Assembly: GCA_001643675.2 (NCBI GenBank)
Contig: LSRY02000062.1
Location: 124,001 to 188,000 of the forward strand
DNA from: Monocercomonoides exilis PA203
Taxonomy: Eukaryota; Protista; Preaxostyla
Length of the DNA stretch: 64,000 nt
Direction: 5' to 3'
How positions within the stretch are numbered: the first letter of the stretch is position 1; the number at the start of each line of letters is the position of its first letter. The notes under the pieces are model-generated. The model did not search any database. It worked only from the letters and a program-made list of their open reading frames with translations, and was not told the DNA's origin. This document shows, piece after piece, positions 19,630 to 34,300 of the stretch. Made by a program: the position numbers and the translations under genes.

Positions 19630-21225
19630 TTATGAACCGTCAAGTGATTCATCATCATCTTCAGATTCCATCATTCTAATAAAAAATATTTACATAAAAA
19701 ATAATTAAATTGTCAAAAACATTAACATTTCTTTGCAAAAACAATATGAGTGAAACACACTTTCTTCTTTTTTCTAACACATCATGAAGCGAAAGAGCAA
19801 TGCATGATTTTAATGATTGCCTTTGTATTGTTGGTGTCTGTACAGAAGAAGCAGGTGTGGAATCTGTTGAAGTTGCATGTGAACTCTGAGCTGTATCAAC
19901 TGCTGGTGAAATATTTGATGATGGAGAAGATGCTGAAAAGCATTGGGGTGTTCCTGAAGCAACTGATGAAGATGATTCAGTTGAACTTAAAGAAGATGAT
20001 TCGACTTGCGATGAAGCTGCAGACAATGTTGCCGGCGCGACCGGATTTTGCGGAGGAAGCGAAGGTTTTGAGGAAGGTATTTGAGGATTCAGCGACTGCT
20101 GAGAGGCATCATGAGAAACCGGTGCGATTGGAGGAGGGCGATTTGGTACAGGAGGAGGCGGAAGAGAAGGCTTTAATGGAGGAGGATGTGCAGGTGGGTT
20201 AGAGACAGATGACTTTTGAGCACTTGCCAAGGTATGTTGCTGTGAAGACGAGGATGAAGTGTCTAAAGAAGTTAAAGATGATGCTTCAAATGAAGGCTTA
20301 GATGCCAATGATTCTTGAGCTTCTGTTGACAATCCTTTTACAGTTGCACCAGACGAATCAAAAGTTTGTGATTGATTCTGAGAGAATAGTGAAGAAGGAG
20401 ATGGCTGAGAGTTACTACTGTTACAACTTGTTTGTTCCTTTGCTGGCTGAAGAGTAACGGCTCCTCGTTTTTTCTTCATCACAATTAACATCACAATACC
20501 AGCAAGCTTTGATATTTCTTCAAGTGGAGGAGTTTCATTATCATGATATTTGCTTGTCAAATTCATTAAAAATTTCATCAAATCTGGATCCCCTAATATA
20601 TCATCGTCTGTTAGCCCCTGTGAACGAATTACATCAAGAACATCAGAATTAAATGAACCGGATAGACTTCCAGATTGCGAAGAAAATCCCATTCCATGCC
20701 TAAAATCAGTAGGTAATCCAATGACAAGTTGCTGAGAGCCCTTTCTTTTGAAAATGCGACTCAGAAATCCACCTTGCGACGAAGATTTTGTTTCTGTCTT
20801 CAATTGTCCTTTTTTCATATCTCGTAAAAATATTTGAAACTGCTTTTCAAACATTGATGCATCACCAGGATTTACAAACAAAAAACCGAACCAGCAATTA
20901 TCTCCATAAAATTGGATAAAATGTTCATTCGCCTTCACTAAAGACAGTCCTGAGTAGCCTTTAAAAAAAAAATAACATTCAATATAAGAAAAAGAAAAAT
21001 CAAACACTCATAAACAAAATTCGGACGATAAGGAGTCTTTTCTAGCTCTACAATAACTAAAAATGATTGCTGTGCCTTTATTGTAAGGAATAAAGCTCCA
21101 TAGACTCCTGAATATTGCCATTTCGTTTGTACCTCTTCATATAATTGAACAACTCCTCCAAATAATGAACTATCCCCATTAATTTCAGCTTTAATATTTT
21201 CAACTTCAGAAAGAGTTAGGGTCAT
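19630..21225 (-). CDS. WASP-like protein (WH1/EVH1, CRIB, Pro-rich, C-helix and acidic tail)
   Basis: WH1-like VVQLY...KWQYSG...GALFL...FIQFYGDNCWFGFLF. CRIB-like IGLPTDFRHGMGF. Poly-Pro tract. After splicing the C-terminus reads LHDVLEKRRKMMESEDDDESLDGS*. Confidence 0.78.
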
Positions 21226-21607
21226 ATCCAAAGGGAAACTTTAAAACTGATCAATGAGAACTGCTGTATAATTTTTTTTCGAAGAAAAAAAGTATTTATT
21301 GAATGATTCATATTCGAAAAATATGAAAAAAACAAATTCAAGCTTTCTGTTTTTTTCACAAAAATATAAAAATTAAAACACTTGCATTCATGGAATAAAA
21401 AAAACAAACAAATAAAAAATTGAAAAATTGAAAACAACACAATAAAAACAAATAAATAAAATTTCAAATTTTGAAACAGTTTATTCTTATATTCTTTTTT
21501 CTCCTTTTTAAAAATAAATGCAATAGAGAATAATTTTTAAAAAGAAAATATTAATGGGGTCTTCTAAAAAAGCCTAACTGGCATAGAGATCAGACTGTAA
21601 AAGAAAA

Positions 21608-22408
21608 ATGGTATTTTTTTGCTATTTTTGCCATAGTTTAATTATATATCGATACTGTCATACTAACACATTGCATTTATTCAGCTGAGGCAATACGAAA
21701 TCATTGGACGTCATTATCCAAACTCAAGAATTCAAAAGCCAAAGTTGTACAAGATGAAAATCTTTGCACAAAATGCAGTTGTTGCTCGTTCAAAGTACAA
21801 CTACTACATGACTCGTCTTCAAAAGACAAAGAAGTCAAACTGCCAGATTTTGAGAATCAAGCAGGTATTTTTATTTTCTCTCTTATCTTGCAATTTTCAA
21901 ATTATTTGATCGTAGATTGTTGAGAAAAGACCACTTCAAGTTAAAAACTTTGGAATTCTTTTGAGATTTGAAAGCAGAACAGGAATTCACAACGTGTATA
22001 AGGAATATAGAGATGTTACACAATGCGGTGCTGTTCAGCAAATGTGTATGCGAATGAATTAAAGAATTATTAATTCTGTTTAATTATCGAAATGCTTTTC
22101 TTTTTTATCTCAAAGACAATGAAATGGCCTCACGTCACGCTGCACAAAAAACTGGTATTCATATCATCTCTGTTGTTCGTCTTCCAAGCAAATCTTGCAG
22201 ACGTGCTAATGTTAAGGCCTTCCACGTATGATAATTTTTTTTATGCGGATTTTATATTTTTATTTCTATTTGCAATTGTTTCGCAATTTTTTTCAAAAAT
22301 AAACAGAATCCTGACTTGAAATTCCCTCTTCTTCACAGAAAGAGAAGACCAACAACACGCGACTACAGAACAGTCTTCAAGGCAAAACGTCCATCAACCA
22401 TCTGGTAA
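21608..22408 (+). CDS. RPL18A: 60S ribosomal protein L18a (eL20), 5 exons; absent from the ORF track
   Basis: Spliced translation M|[12 protein letters not shown]...[18 protein letters not shown]...|[33 protein letters not shown]...|NEMASRH...|[11 protein letters not shown]...[10 protein letters not shown]. Confidence 0.95.
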
Positions 22409-22683
22409 TCAGCACATATTCCTCACACCTCATGATTTTTGCATTCTGATCAAATAATCCATTTCCTAATGCAAAAATTCAAATTCAAATTTCTTTTTTC
22501 TAATGGAGAGAAGAAGGTTCTTAGAAAAATAAAAATTCTTTTCGTTTAATCAAATATTCATATGTTAAATACGGAAAACGCAGAAAGAGAAGTGAGGACT
22601 GCATTTATCAGCTTAGTGAAATGAAAAAACAAGAAAAATTCTATAAATCGAGGAACAAAAAAATTTGAAGTGAGCTTTTAGTT

Positions 22684-25600
22684 TCAAGAATATTCATCTT
22701 CTTCATTTTCGTCAATGAGATCATCGTATACTTCGTCAATATCTTGTGGTATTTGTATTCCATATGCATTCTCTTCTTCATTTTCATAGGCATCGTCAAA
22801 TGTCATATGCTGAGCACCGAATATGTGACCTTCATCTTTCTCGTTTGCTTCTTCGTTTGCTCTGTCTTCTGATTCCAGACCAGCTTGATAAGTCAGCGCT
22901 TGCTCATCTTGCCAGTCCATTTCGCTGTTTCTGATGTCCATAAGCTGCTTCTCCTTCACAATATCCTGCATCACCTCCACAGCACCTGTACCCAAGCGGC
23001 ATCTTCTCCCCACCACAATTGCACCAGACGCTGTTTTAGTGTTATCAGACTCACCTGAAATGGCTGACTGGCTCATAAACGAAAGTGTCGTCTCGAAGGA
23101 CATCCGCTGCAGAGGCGAGCCGACGTCTGTCATTCCAACACGAGAGAACGGCGTGTATCCTCCTGTGAATGTCATCTTCTCTCCAACAAGCGCCAGATGG
23201 CGTGGATCAACACCAATTCCGTACACATTGAACACACTCCGCAGCTCACTGATGATGGTTGCTCTGGCTGCTTCCACACCATACGCCACAAGCATCGCAT
23301 AAACTGAGTTAGACACAATGGAATCAACAAGGAGAACAGACGCATTTTCCATGCTGGCTTCAAGTTTGGCAAGCTGCCTTCGAAGGTCGACTTCAATTTC
23401 GTCATCTTTGTCAAAGTCGCTGCTGCTACTGCTGCTGTCTTCACTGTCGTCGTCTTCCTCCTTTCTCTTGGATTCCTTCTGCTTCTTTTTCTCTGCCTTT
23501 AACTGTGCCTTCCTCTTTTTCAGCTCCTTCTTAATCTTTCTTCTCCGCCTGTTCAGAATTCCTTCTGCGAAGATCGAATCAAAGGCAACCATGGCTGGCA
23601 AGTTAACACCATCAGTCATCAGCATCAGCACCTTCTTTTTCTCCTTCACTTTTTCTGTTTTTCCTGTTTGTGGATTCACACGTGTAACTTCGACCTCTTT
23701 ATCAGCTTCAGAGATTTTGGCTCTTTTGATTCCGCTGACAGAGCGAAGTGGGAATGTCTTTGCAATCTTCTCAACAAGTGACCGGATAGAAACCCTCTGA
23801 CTTTGCACAGGAACATTCAGCATAACTGTGAAGCGCGGACTGCTTTCTTCGTCGCCTTCTTCCTCTTCCTCTTCGACTTCGGCACTTGCAGAGGGCTTTT
23901 CGTTCTCTTTCTCAGGTTCAGATTCAGAAACTGATTTGGATGAGCGAGATTTGGCTTTTTTAGATGTTTTTCCTTCCTCTGCGCTTTCCTCGTCTTCATC
24001 GTCTTCCTCTTCTTCTTCGTCTTTTTCCATCTTTTTCTCTTTTTCGTCTTCACTTGACTCGGAATCTTCTTCCGCATCCATTGCATCAGATGATTTGATA
24101 GTCTTCTTTTTCTTTTCTTTGCCACTCTTTTTCGCTGATTTAGTTTCTTTTTTGCCTTTTGCTTTTTCCTTTGCTTTATCTTTGCCTTTCTTTGCAACTT
24201 CTTCTTCATCGTCCTCTTCCTCATCGTCGTCTTCGTCTTCCTCGTCTTCATCATCATCTTCCTTTGCTGCTTCAGAAGACTCATCATCATCCTCATCATC
24301 ATCATATGTTGCTTTTTCCTTTTTGTGGTGTTTCTTTGCGCTTTCTTCATCAATCTCATCCTGATCATCATCTTCGTCTTCATCATCATTGTCTTCTTCT
24401 CCTGCTTCAAGCATCAGACCTCCTTTGCCCTTGCGCGCTTTCTTCTTTCCGCTTCCTGCTTCGTCTTCGTCATTTCCTGCTCCTTCTTCATCATCATCGT
24501 CTTTGCCTTTCTTTTTCCTCTCTCCTGCTTCATCGTTGATTGCCTTCTGAACTTCTAATGATTCCACATCCTTCTCAAAAGCTTTAGCTTTGATTGCTTT
24601 GTTCAGCTCGCTCTGTATTTTCTTCGTCAGTCTTTCTCTCAAAATGTTCTTCAGCGCTTTCTTCTCCACACCAAGGGAGTCTGTGATGGTTGAGTACGGC
24701 AGAAAGTCCATTTGGATCTCCACTCTGCGCACAGCAAACTTCGATCGTACAATTTGTGTGTTTTCTCCTTTCGACGACGAAGACAGACGCGGCGGTGCAG
24801 CATGATCCATCGAAGCTTCAGCACCAGACGCGTTCTCGATCCACTCTTGTATCACAATTTCCTTGAGCACATCAGCCAGAACAACTCGATTCAGCTTCTG
24901 TGCCATCAGCTCGGCCTCTTCGCGTGTCACTCCTTCAGCAAGCTGCACAGTCATCGTGGGAGTCTTCATTTCGATTGAGGCTGTTGTCAGAATTTCCTTC
25001 AGACGAGGAATACCCAACGTCACATTGATTTCACCATGGCCAGCTAGATGGAATGTGTTCAGTGTCATCTGCGTAGATGGCTCTCCAATAGATTCAGCAG
25101 CGATGATACCGACCATCTCGTTGGGGGTGATAAGCGAGCGCATGTAGTGCTTGAGGCCAAGAGAGAGAAACTCTCGTGCAGAGACAGGAAGACGAGAGGT
25201 TTTGGAGGCAAGGAAGGGAGAAAGAGAGGAAGAAGCAGAAGGAGCGAGAAAAGACTTGTCAGTCAATGGAGAAGGCATGTTGGTGTTGAAAGGATATCCA
25301 CGTTCTTTCACTTTGTCGAAAGTGTTCAGTTTCAGTTCTGAGAGAGCAAAATCATAGCAATTATTGTCATTCACTTTGCTTTTGTGGTGCTTACTTGTCT
25401 TTTGAGATTCCTCGTTGTTTGCTGGCTCATCAGGAAGGAATTTTGAGCGATTCTTGAAAGTGAATGCAGCTAATGCTTTGAAGTATGCCTCGCTGGTGAC
25501 ACCGAATGTGTTGTAAGGAGAATAACGTGCAAGAAGTGGGTCATTTGCACTAAACAATTCAGCTGAACTTGAAGTATTTGAATTAGCATCTGAACTTGTT

Positions 25601-28600
25601 GAAGAAGAAGAAGAAGAGAATGAATTTTCTTCAATTTTTTCGGATTTTCTTTTTTTGCTTTCTTTTTTCTCTTTTTTACTCTTCTTTTTGGAATCTTTCT
25701 CTTCTTTTTCTTCTTCCTGATTCTCATATTTGAACAAAGGAATGGACGACAAGGTATTAACTATCGAATTATCCAAAAACAGCGCCTTCTCAATTGGATT
25801 CATTGGAAGCTTATTGTTCAGTTCAATTTCCTTTTGTTGGCTTTCTTTCATCGCCTTTTCTTCCTCGTCCAAGTTCATTCCCAGAAGATCTTCCACTTCA
25901 ATGTCCATTGCTGATGGATCCTTTATCTTTTGGTTGCCTGCTCCGTCTTTTCCTTCTTCTTTCTGCGCTTCTCTCTTCAACATCAGAGTGTTCATACGCT
26001 GGATACGAGCAATCTTCTCTTCCTCAGCCATCTTTTCTCTCAGCACATCTGCATTCATTGCCATCAGCTCGAAGTTCTGCAGCATCTTCGTTGCACCTAC
26101 TTCTGTTCCATCTTCTCCATACAAGAACTCCACAATTGAACCATCGCCCACATCTCTCACTGAGCCATCATACTCAACACGCAGCCCTTCCATGCCTTTG
26201 ATCAAGCACCGCTGCAGATACCCAGAACGAGATGTCTTCACAGCCGTATCAATCAGCCCTTCTCTCCCAGCCATCGCATGGAAGAAGTATGGCCCTGGAA
26301 GCAAGCCAGACAAGAAACGATCGTAGACAAACCCACCAGCCACTCCTTTCATCGAGAAACGCTCGTAGCACGGCAGACTGCGCCCAGAGCTGTTCATTGG
26401 CACTCTCTTGCCTTCCAGCTCCTGCTGGCCCAACAGACAGCAGATCTGAGAAAAGTTGACAATTGACCCTTTGGCACCAGATGTGGTCATAAGTGCCAGA
26501 GTGTTTGATGGGAAAGACTTTAACAGACCAGATGGAATAGCATTTTTGATTGTCTCAGATGTCACTTTGTGCAGACGAGACTTGACAATACCATCCAAAC
26601 GAGCTATGTCTTGAGCGGTACGCATGCATGTTGCCAGCAACGTGCGGAATTTCTCAGGAAATCTGTTGTGCGGCAAAATGGGAGATTTTGAAGTGGCATC
26701 AGGTTTCAGCACTGCTTTCAGGGCAGGCAGAGTGGTGCCAAAGGTTTCCTTAAGTTTCTGATCTCCAATGAACTCGTAATAGCACTCCCAGACTCTGTCA
26801 TCTTCTCTCTCCAAAGTCTCCTCACGCTTCTTCGTCGCGCTTTCAACCAAGATCATATCTTCAATGCCGCAGGTGAATCCGTGGTAGTTTTGGATGAATG
26901 CTGTCAGCAGCCTCCCGAGTGAAGTCAGAAGAGCGCCGGCAGACCGAGCGCCATATAATTCATGCACACTGTGGACAAGCCCATGTGACGAGGCACCATA
27001 CTGCGACTTCTCCACCACACCATGTAGAAGCACATTGTTGCGGATGTTCACAATACCTTCAAGCTCATGGCCTTCTCCCCACAAATCAGCTGGCACTTTT
27101 GTCTTGCTGATAAGATTGAGCGGCGGGCGTCCTGTTCTTCTGCTTCCCTTTCCGATACCTCCTCCGATTTCTCCTTTGTTCTCTTCGCTGACATTGCTCT
27201 CTCCAGACTTCACACTCATGCCTAATCCACTCGATGCCAATGAATACATTGACTGTGCAGTAACATCCACTGCATCTGCATTCCCTGCTTTATTTCCATT
27301 GGCTCTTCCTTGTTCATCTGTTCTGCCTCTCCCTTTATCGTCGTTGCCAGTGGTAGAAGTTGTGGAAGAGCGTGTGATGAATTCCAGAAGTGCCGTTATC
27401 ACTTGCTTTCCAGTGTACAACTTCCTTGGCTTCAAAATGGCTGGTCGCACAGTCTGCATCGAAGGAAGCTCTGGCGAATCAAAGCCATCTCCATCGATGC
27501 AACCAGCATAGACAAGCTGCATCCACTCTGAAGGAGTCAAGAAAGTGTCTTTCTTCGTAAGCAGCACACCTGCACCAACGTGATCCTGAATAAGCCCACG
27601 AAGAGGAGCACCAGAAGCAGGAGAGCAATAGTGGTAGTCTGCAAACATGATGCTGTATCCTTCAGCCCTCCCCGCAACACGCTGCAAGAAATGCATGTTC
27701 ATCTCATCACCATCATAATCAGCGTTGTATGTGGCACAGTTAGCATAGTGCATTCTGATAGTCTTCTGCCCCTTGAGCACTCTCACTCGATGGGCCATAA
27801 TTGATGGACGATGAAGAGTGGGCTGTCTGTTCATCAGAACAACATCGCCGCTGCACAAGTGGCGATAGACACGCCGTGGATACGATCCAACTGGAGCAGC
27901 ATTGTACACCCCACCTCCCTCGGCGCTGGTCCATCCGCCTCTTCGCATCGACTGCAGAACAACACTCGACGATGCAGGTGTCTTGCCACCGTTGATCAGC
28001 GATGTGGCAGCACTAGCAATTCCTCCACCAGCAGCTCCACTGCTTGTCTTCAGATGGTATGATGTGCCCAACTGCTTGGCGAGTGCACGCCTTGACTCAG
28101 CAGAGTAGTGTGTGAGGTCGATGTATCGTCCTTTGCTGTCTTCCAGTCCAATTGCACCTGGATGTTCATCTGGACCGTTGATGATCATCTGCTTCAGACG
28201 CTCCACATTGAATTCTGTCACTCCCTCAGGAAAAGATAAGTGCTTCGCAAATACTTCGGGAATACCAATCTCTGAGGTGTCCAAGGCAGGATCAGGTGAT
28301 ATGACAGAACGAGCAGTGTAGTTGACACGTTTCCCCATCATATTCATCCGGAACAATCCTTCCTTTGACTCCAGAATCTGCTTCAGTCCTTGTCCAACAT
28401 CCTGCTGTGCACCTGCCATCTGCTGAGCAAACGAAACCATTCTGTAAGATGAAGACTGAGACATAGCATAGGATGAATCAAAAAGGCTATTAACGAAGAT
28501 CTGCAGCTCAATGGTGTGCTGAGTCAGCTGGTCTTCGATGTACTCTGGGCGTGCATATTGATCCAGAGTGGGAAGATGTGCTCCGCCTGGCACGATTTGT

Positions 28601-30565
28601 CCCGCTACGCGCGAAATTGCAGCAGAAGCAGACGATCCGAGGTTGACAGTGGAACTGATACCAGCCTGTGCATCCTTTTGCCGCTTGACAAGGTTGAGGA
28701 GGATGTTATTTTCAGTGATGATTTTGGAGAGGAGGATGTTTTGGGAGTTCTCAAATATCTGCCCCATCAGCACAGAAGCAGGACGAAACTTGTTTGGGGC
28801 AACAGGAATGCAGCTGATGAAGAAGTGCTGCGGAGAAGGAATTAAAGACGCATAGAACGTATCAGCATCCTGGCCTTGACTCGCTTTTGGCTGGCCGGAT
28901 TCTCCATTGATCCCATTCAACACAACTGGGCGAAGAGACTCAATGTCTGATTCATTTTGCTTTCCTGCTTTGTGTGTTATTTTTCTTTCTCCAGTCCTTC
29001 CAGCTCCCCAATAATTGTCTGATACGCCATTCGGAAGGTGAGGATTGTATCTCAATGCATCGTATTTGTTGGCTGATCCAAATGCCATTGTGCACCACTC
29101 GCGCTCTTTTTCCCACAGCGCCATCAGATGCGCTTGCACAGTGTGCTGTGGCATGTAAACAAGACCTTTGCCTCCTTTCTCAACGACACTTCCATCCTTC
29201 ATCGTTTCCAGATCTCGCAAATAATATTCTTTCAACATTTTTGATTTCTTCTGGGAAGCCGAGCTCTGAAAGTGCATAATAATAGATTTAAGTATATAAA
29301 AAATGAATATTTCAAAAGAAATTGTTTCAAAAAATCTGCATACAACTGCTGCAATTGATTTCTTTTGTGCAGCGGTTGAACTCTCGCTGCTTTCATTGCC
29401 ACTTTGACTGCCATCGCTAGAGTCACTGTCACTTTCAGAGTCGTCCGAAAGATTTCCATATTTGCCTTTTGGTGGAGTGATCCTTGTTCTGAATACTTTG
29501 CAATGCTCGATTTGCCGTAATTTTGGTTGAATTCTTGGTGATCATCCATTTGGAAGCATTTGAAAGAGAAACATAAAAATAAACACAACAATCAAATTTT
29601 GTAAATTAAAAATATGAATTATAAACATTGAATGAATTTAAGCAAACGCTCCACAATTTTGGCATTTAATAGGAAGATCACTGAAAAATGATCTCAATAG
29701 CTGCTTTTTCTTTGCTAAAATATGTGTGGTTTTGGCTTTTTCCGACAAATGAGAAGGACATCCTTGAAATGTTTTCTTTGAAGACCCACTTTCTTGAAGC
29801 TTTTTTGTTTCTTCTCTTACAAATTTCCAAAGTTCATCAAGTTTGTTTCTTATAATTGTTCTTCCTTCTTCTAACGTTAAAAGTGGAGTATCATCCTCGG
29901 AGCTGTCAGATTCTGCCTTTTCTCCTTTAACAGAATGGCTTGCCTTTTCCTCTTTTTCTTCCTTTTCTTTGCTCTTATTTATGATTGCACGCCTCTCAGC
30001 AGATGCAATTGCATTTACATTTAGAGGAATAGACTCCAGTTCAGCAAGCTTTGACAATGATCCAATATTTAAAAGATGCATAGACAAAACGTAACGTTCA
30101 ATCTACAATAAACAAAATATGAATTAGAATCTTTTAAACTAACATTAAATCCAAAAAAATATACTTCATCATTGCTTCTAAGAAAATGATGACAACAAAA
30201 ACACATCGACTTCAGTACACGCATAAGCGTAGAAAAAAGTAAAGGATTGTACGTTACAGTACAAAGTTCAATGTGGCCAAGATGCCCTGGACAATGATCA
30301 TAATCCATTTTGCATGTACCACAAGAAAAGCTACAAACAAAGTAATAACGCATGATAAATTAAATAGAACTTAAATTTATATATGCGTGTTATCAAACTT
30401 TCCGCGACGATCAAATGGTCCGAGAGCAGAATCGTATAAACCATCTTTCACAGGAAGTTGCATCGTATCTAGGACTGCTGGATTTGTAATTTGCTTTACA
30501 CTTATCTTCCTAATTTCTTCTTGAGTATAAAACCCGAAATTAACACCTTGTATCTCTAGAAGCAT
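22684..30565 (-). CDS. RPA1: DNA-directed RNA polymerase I largest subunit, multi-exon
   Basis: CPGHLGHIEL; KEGLFRMNMMGKRVNYTARSVISPDP; NRQPTLHRPSIMAH; NADYDGDEMN; GREGLIDTAVKTSRSGYLQRCL; SIGEPSTQMTLNTFHLAG; acidic Pol I expander-like region; no CTD heptads. Confidence 0.95.
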
Positions 30566-31321
30566 CAGTAATCCAAAAACAAAAAAATAATAATATCCTG
30601 ATCTGAAAAAAAATTTGTATAATCTGAGTTAAAAATTAATTTCTAACTATTGCCAAAGTACAGCATTTATCAAATGGAAGAAAAGGCTATCATGCTTTTA
30701 AAGATAATGATTTAATTTTTTACCGATGTATTGTTATACTCGTTTTAGTGATTCATTAATAAATCAAAATATTATTTCGAAGTGAATAGACAAAAGGATT
30801 TGCAAATGTAATGGATATATCGACAAGTTATACAAATGATTAAGGATTTTGCAAAAGAAATAAAGGAAATAAAAATGAAGAATAATGCAAATAAAAAGTT
30901 GAACAACAGTGTATCATAACAAATAAAGTAGAATTATTAAGATAAATGAAAAATAAAATCGCTGCTTAGTTCCACAAAATAATACGAATTAAAATGCAAT
31001 TAAAAATAATCTAAAAAAGTGAATAAAAGTTTTTAAGCTTAAAAAGAAGCACATTTCTTCGCACCAATATAAGTCAAATCGACAAAACACTTCAATAAAA
31101 TAGAATGATATACAAAAGTAATCAATGTTGTATATTCTCTTTCAATTAGTGGAAAAAAAGAGTTTTTCAAACTTCTTTAGAAAGAAAAGAGTTGTATATA
31201 TTTTTACGCATAGAACATTCTGTTCATTATGCAATAATCAGAATGTACTCAATTATATAAGCAACGACATGAAGTCGATAAGATCGAAGTCAATAACAAT
31301 AATCATAATTCCAAATAGCTA

Positions 31322-34300
31322 TTAGAATTCTGACATTTCGATTCCTCTGTCTTTGACTGTGTAGTCGTCAGCTTCATCGTCCAATGACGGGTTTTCGTCG
31401 TCGTGTCTTCTGTGCCTGTGGCGTCTGTGTCTTTTGCTGTCTGTCGAGTCATCGTCGTCCCCGTCGTTGTGCTTGTCGTGCTTGTGGCGATGCCGTCTAT
31501 GCTTTCTGTGCCCATCGACATCTTCTTCATCATCTGAGTCATATTCTCCTTGAACATACTTCGGCCAGTATGTACGCCCACATCCCATGCAGCAGACATG
31601 GCAGAAGAAGAAGATGAACAAAAGCAGACAAATCATCCAGAACATCATCAGGATGTTAGGCAGCGTCAAAAGAGGAACATCCATAACTGAATATAAAAGC
31701 GGAGTAACAACTTTAGGCTCAAGCATATCTAACGCTGCATTGATCAAAACATCAACTTTATCTCCGACGACTGACATGTCAGTTTGAAGTGATTTAATAA
31801 GCTTCTTCCCAAATTTGATTCCATCGACAAAAGAATTCAGCGTTTCTTCGCTTGTGAAATCTGTGATAAGTTCGTCAATGACATTTTGAAGTCCGTCTGT
31901 AATCAAATGCAGTGGTTTCGATTGCTCTGCATCGTCCGCTGCTTCGTCGTATTGAAAATACATCTTTAATACATCACACAGCCATTTGCCATCTATTTCC
32001 TTCAGAAAATCAAGCGATATTGTCATTCCTCCAAAAGAAATTTCTGTCAACTTAGTTATCTGTGAAAGCATGTCTTTTATTTGTTCATTGTTTGAAAGAA
32101 AATTCGACTCTGTAAGCATCGGAATCAATCCATTTTCATCGTAAACAACCTTGCTGAGTTCGCGAAGAACGCATCCGAGAATTCCGAACACCAACATCAC
32201 AAGTCCAAATATAATAAAGATGGCAAATTCACCGCACTGACAGCAGCAAAAGCAGCACGAGCTACGGCACCAAAATGTGCACATCACTTGAAGTGCATAC
32301 ATGGCACACAGTAGAATCAGCACTGCTGCCAACAAATACGCTCCGAGATTGATGTACTTCTTATACGGAACGACATACTGTTCCCATAATTCAACTAATT
32401 TATTTGAAGGATCGTTGAATTCAGTTAACTCACTGGCAATTGGCTTGAAAACATCAGTCATTTGAGTTTTTATCGGATCGATAGTATCTTTAATAGAATC
32501 TATCTGACCATCGATGCCTTCAATAGAACTACGAATACTTGTAATGTCGAAACTTCCTTGGAAAGATTCCTTGCCTTCTGATATTGAAGTTAACGCACTC
32601 GAAACTGATGAACTAACAGCATCCAATGCTTTATAAAATTCATCAATATATGGTTTCATATTACCATCGTTTTTCAAGTCATTACTCGTTTCAAATAATG
32701 ATAATTGCCGATCAAATCCAACATTCGCCATCTTAAGCTTCCTAACTGAAATTGGAGCTGGAACAGTATAATCTGGCAGAGTAATATTCAGTTCATCTTG
32801 GAGAATAGTTAAAGCCTCTTCACACGAATCTGAATCCGAGCCACCAAGCATGTTTCCATCAGTAGAATTTATCCCTGCGCATCTTAACTTGGATTGAATG
32901 TATTTAAAGTAAATGGCTGCCACATTATCTGTTGTTACTTTGTCTACATTTTCAGTAAATCCATCTCCAAATTGATCCAAATTTAAATTACCTTTAATCG
33001 CTGTTTCAACTTTACTGTTTATTTCATTCAATACATCCAGATTTAAGGTTTCAATTGAAATAACTTCATCCAGAAATGCTAAATAACACAAATAAAGTTA
33101 TAAAATCGTCAAAATTTTAAACAATAACACAAAAAATCAATTGAAAAAGTAAATCAAATAGCAATATCGACATACCATTCACTCTTACCTTCAATTCATC
33201 GAAATCACTCAACAGAACTTTTATATCACTTTTCTCATCGTCCAAATTAACTAATTGTTGAAGTGATTCAATGCTATTATTTAAATCATTTGATATATCA
33301 CTTTCTGGATTATTAAAATGATGCAAATAATTGTGAACATTTTTAACGCTATTTCTAAAATCGACGTTGCTGGTAATTTGTTGTAAATCATTTCCACTGA
33401 AAGGTTTCAGTGAATAAGAAGTTGTGCTTCCATCATATTCCGCATGCAAGCTGCACTGGGGATTTGACTACAAAAATTTTAAAAAAGTGGGGGAAAAGAA
33501 CATCGTATCAACAAATAACGTGAAAAAGAAAATTTAAAAAAAAAAAAGACAAACAGCTTTCAGTTTTTTAACATCATCTTTTAACGGTATAAATGTATAA
33601 TCGTTTAGAAGATTAGAAACCACTCTTTCAACTTCACTTATGTTGCTATGAATAATTATTAATAAAAAATAAAACGACAGTTGGCGCATTTAGAAATCCG
33701 ACAAATAAACATAAAATATTAAAAAATAAAAATTTAATTGAAAAACCAACATACTTTATTGCTTTTGAAACAAAAATTTCTGCTTTATCTAAAGTTTCTT
33801 TAATTGGTACTTTATGAAATTCATTTGTAACAAAGTCAAATAAATTATCAACTGCAACGCCCATAGATTCTGGAACTATATTTAAAAAAAATAATTTAAA
33901 TTATTATAATTGTAAGAATTCCGAAAGTCAAACTTGGTTCGATAGCTGAACCAAGAGCAGGTATTTTCGACATAAATGTTTCCATTTTTGGGAAAAGTTC
34001 TTCAACATCGTTGATAACTGAAGGAAACTGAAACGATGCTACAACTCCAACGACAGTGAAAAATGCCATTATAACAGTAACAATAGAAAAGAAAATTTTT
34101 GTGCACCAAACGCAGCATGGTTTAGGTCCCGCAATTTTCCAGCAGCAACACCAACAAACAGGCTCCCTTCTTTTGCAACAGCAGCATTGGCAACACTGCG
34201 CGAAAATCCAAAGAACCCAGTAAATCAGAATGCAAAGCCAAAATACAACAATTACAGCAATTGGAATTCCCAGGCTCTAGTTAAAAATTGAAAAAGATAA

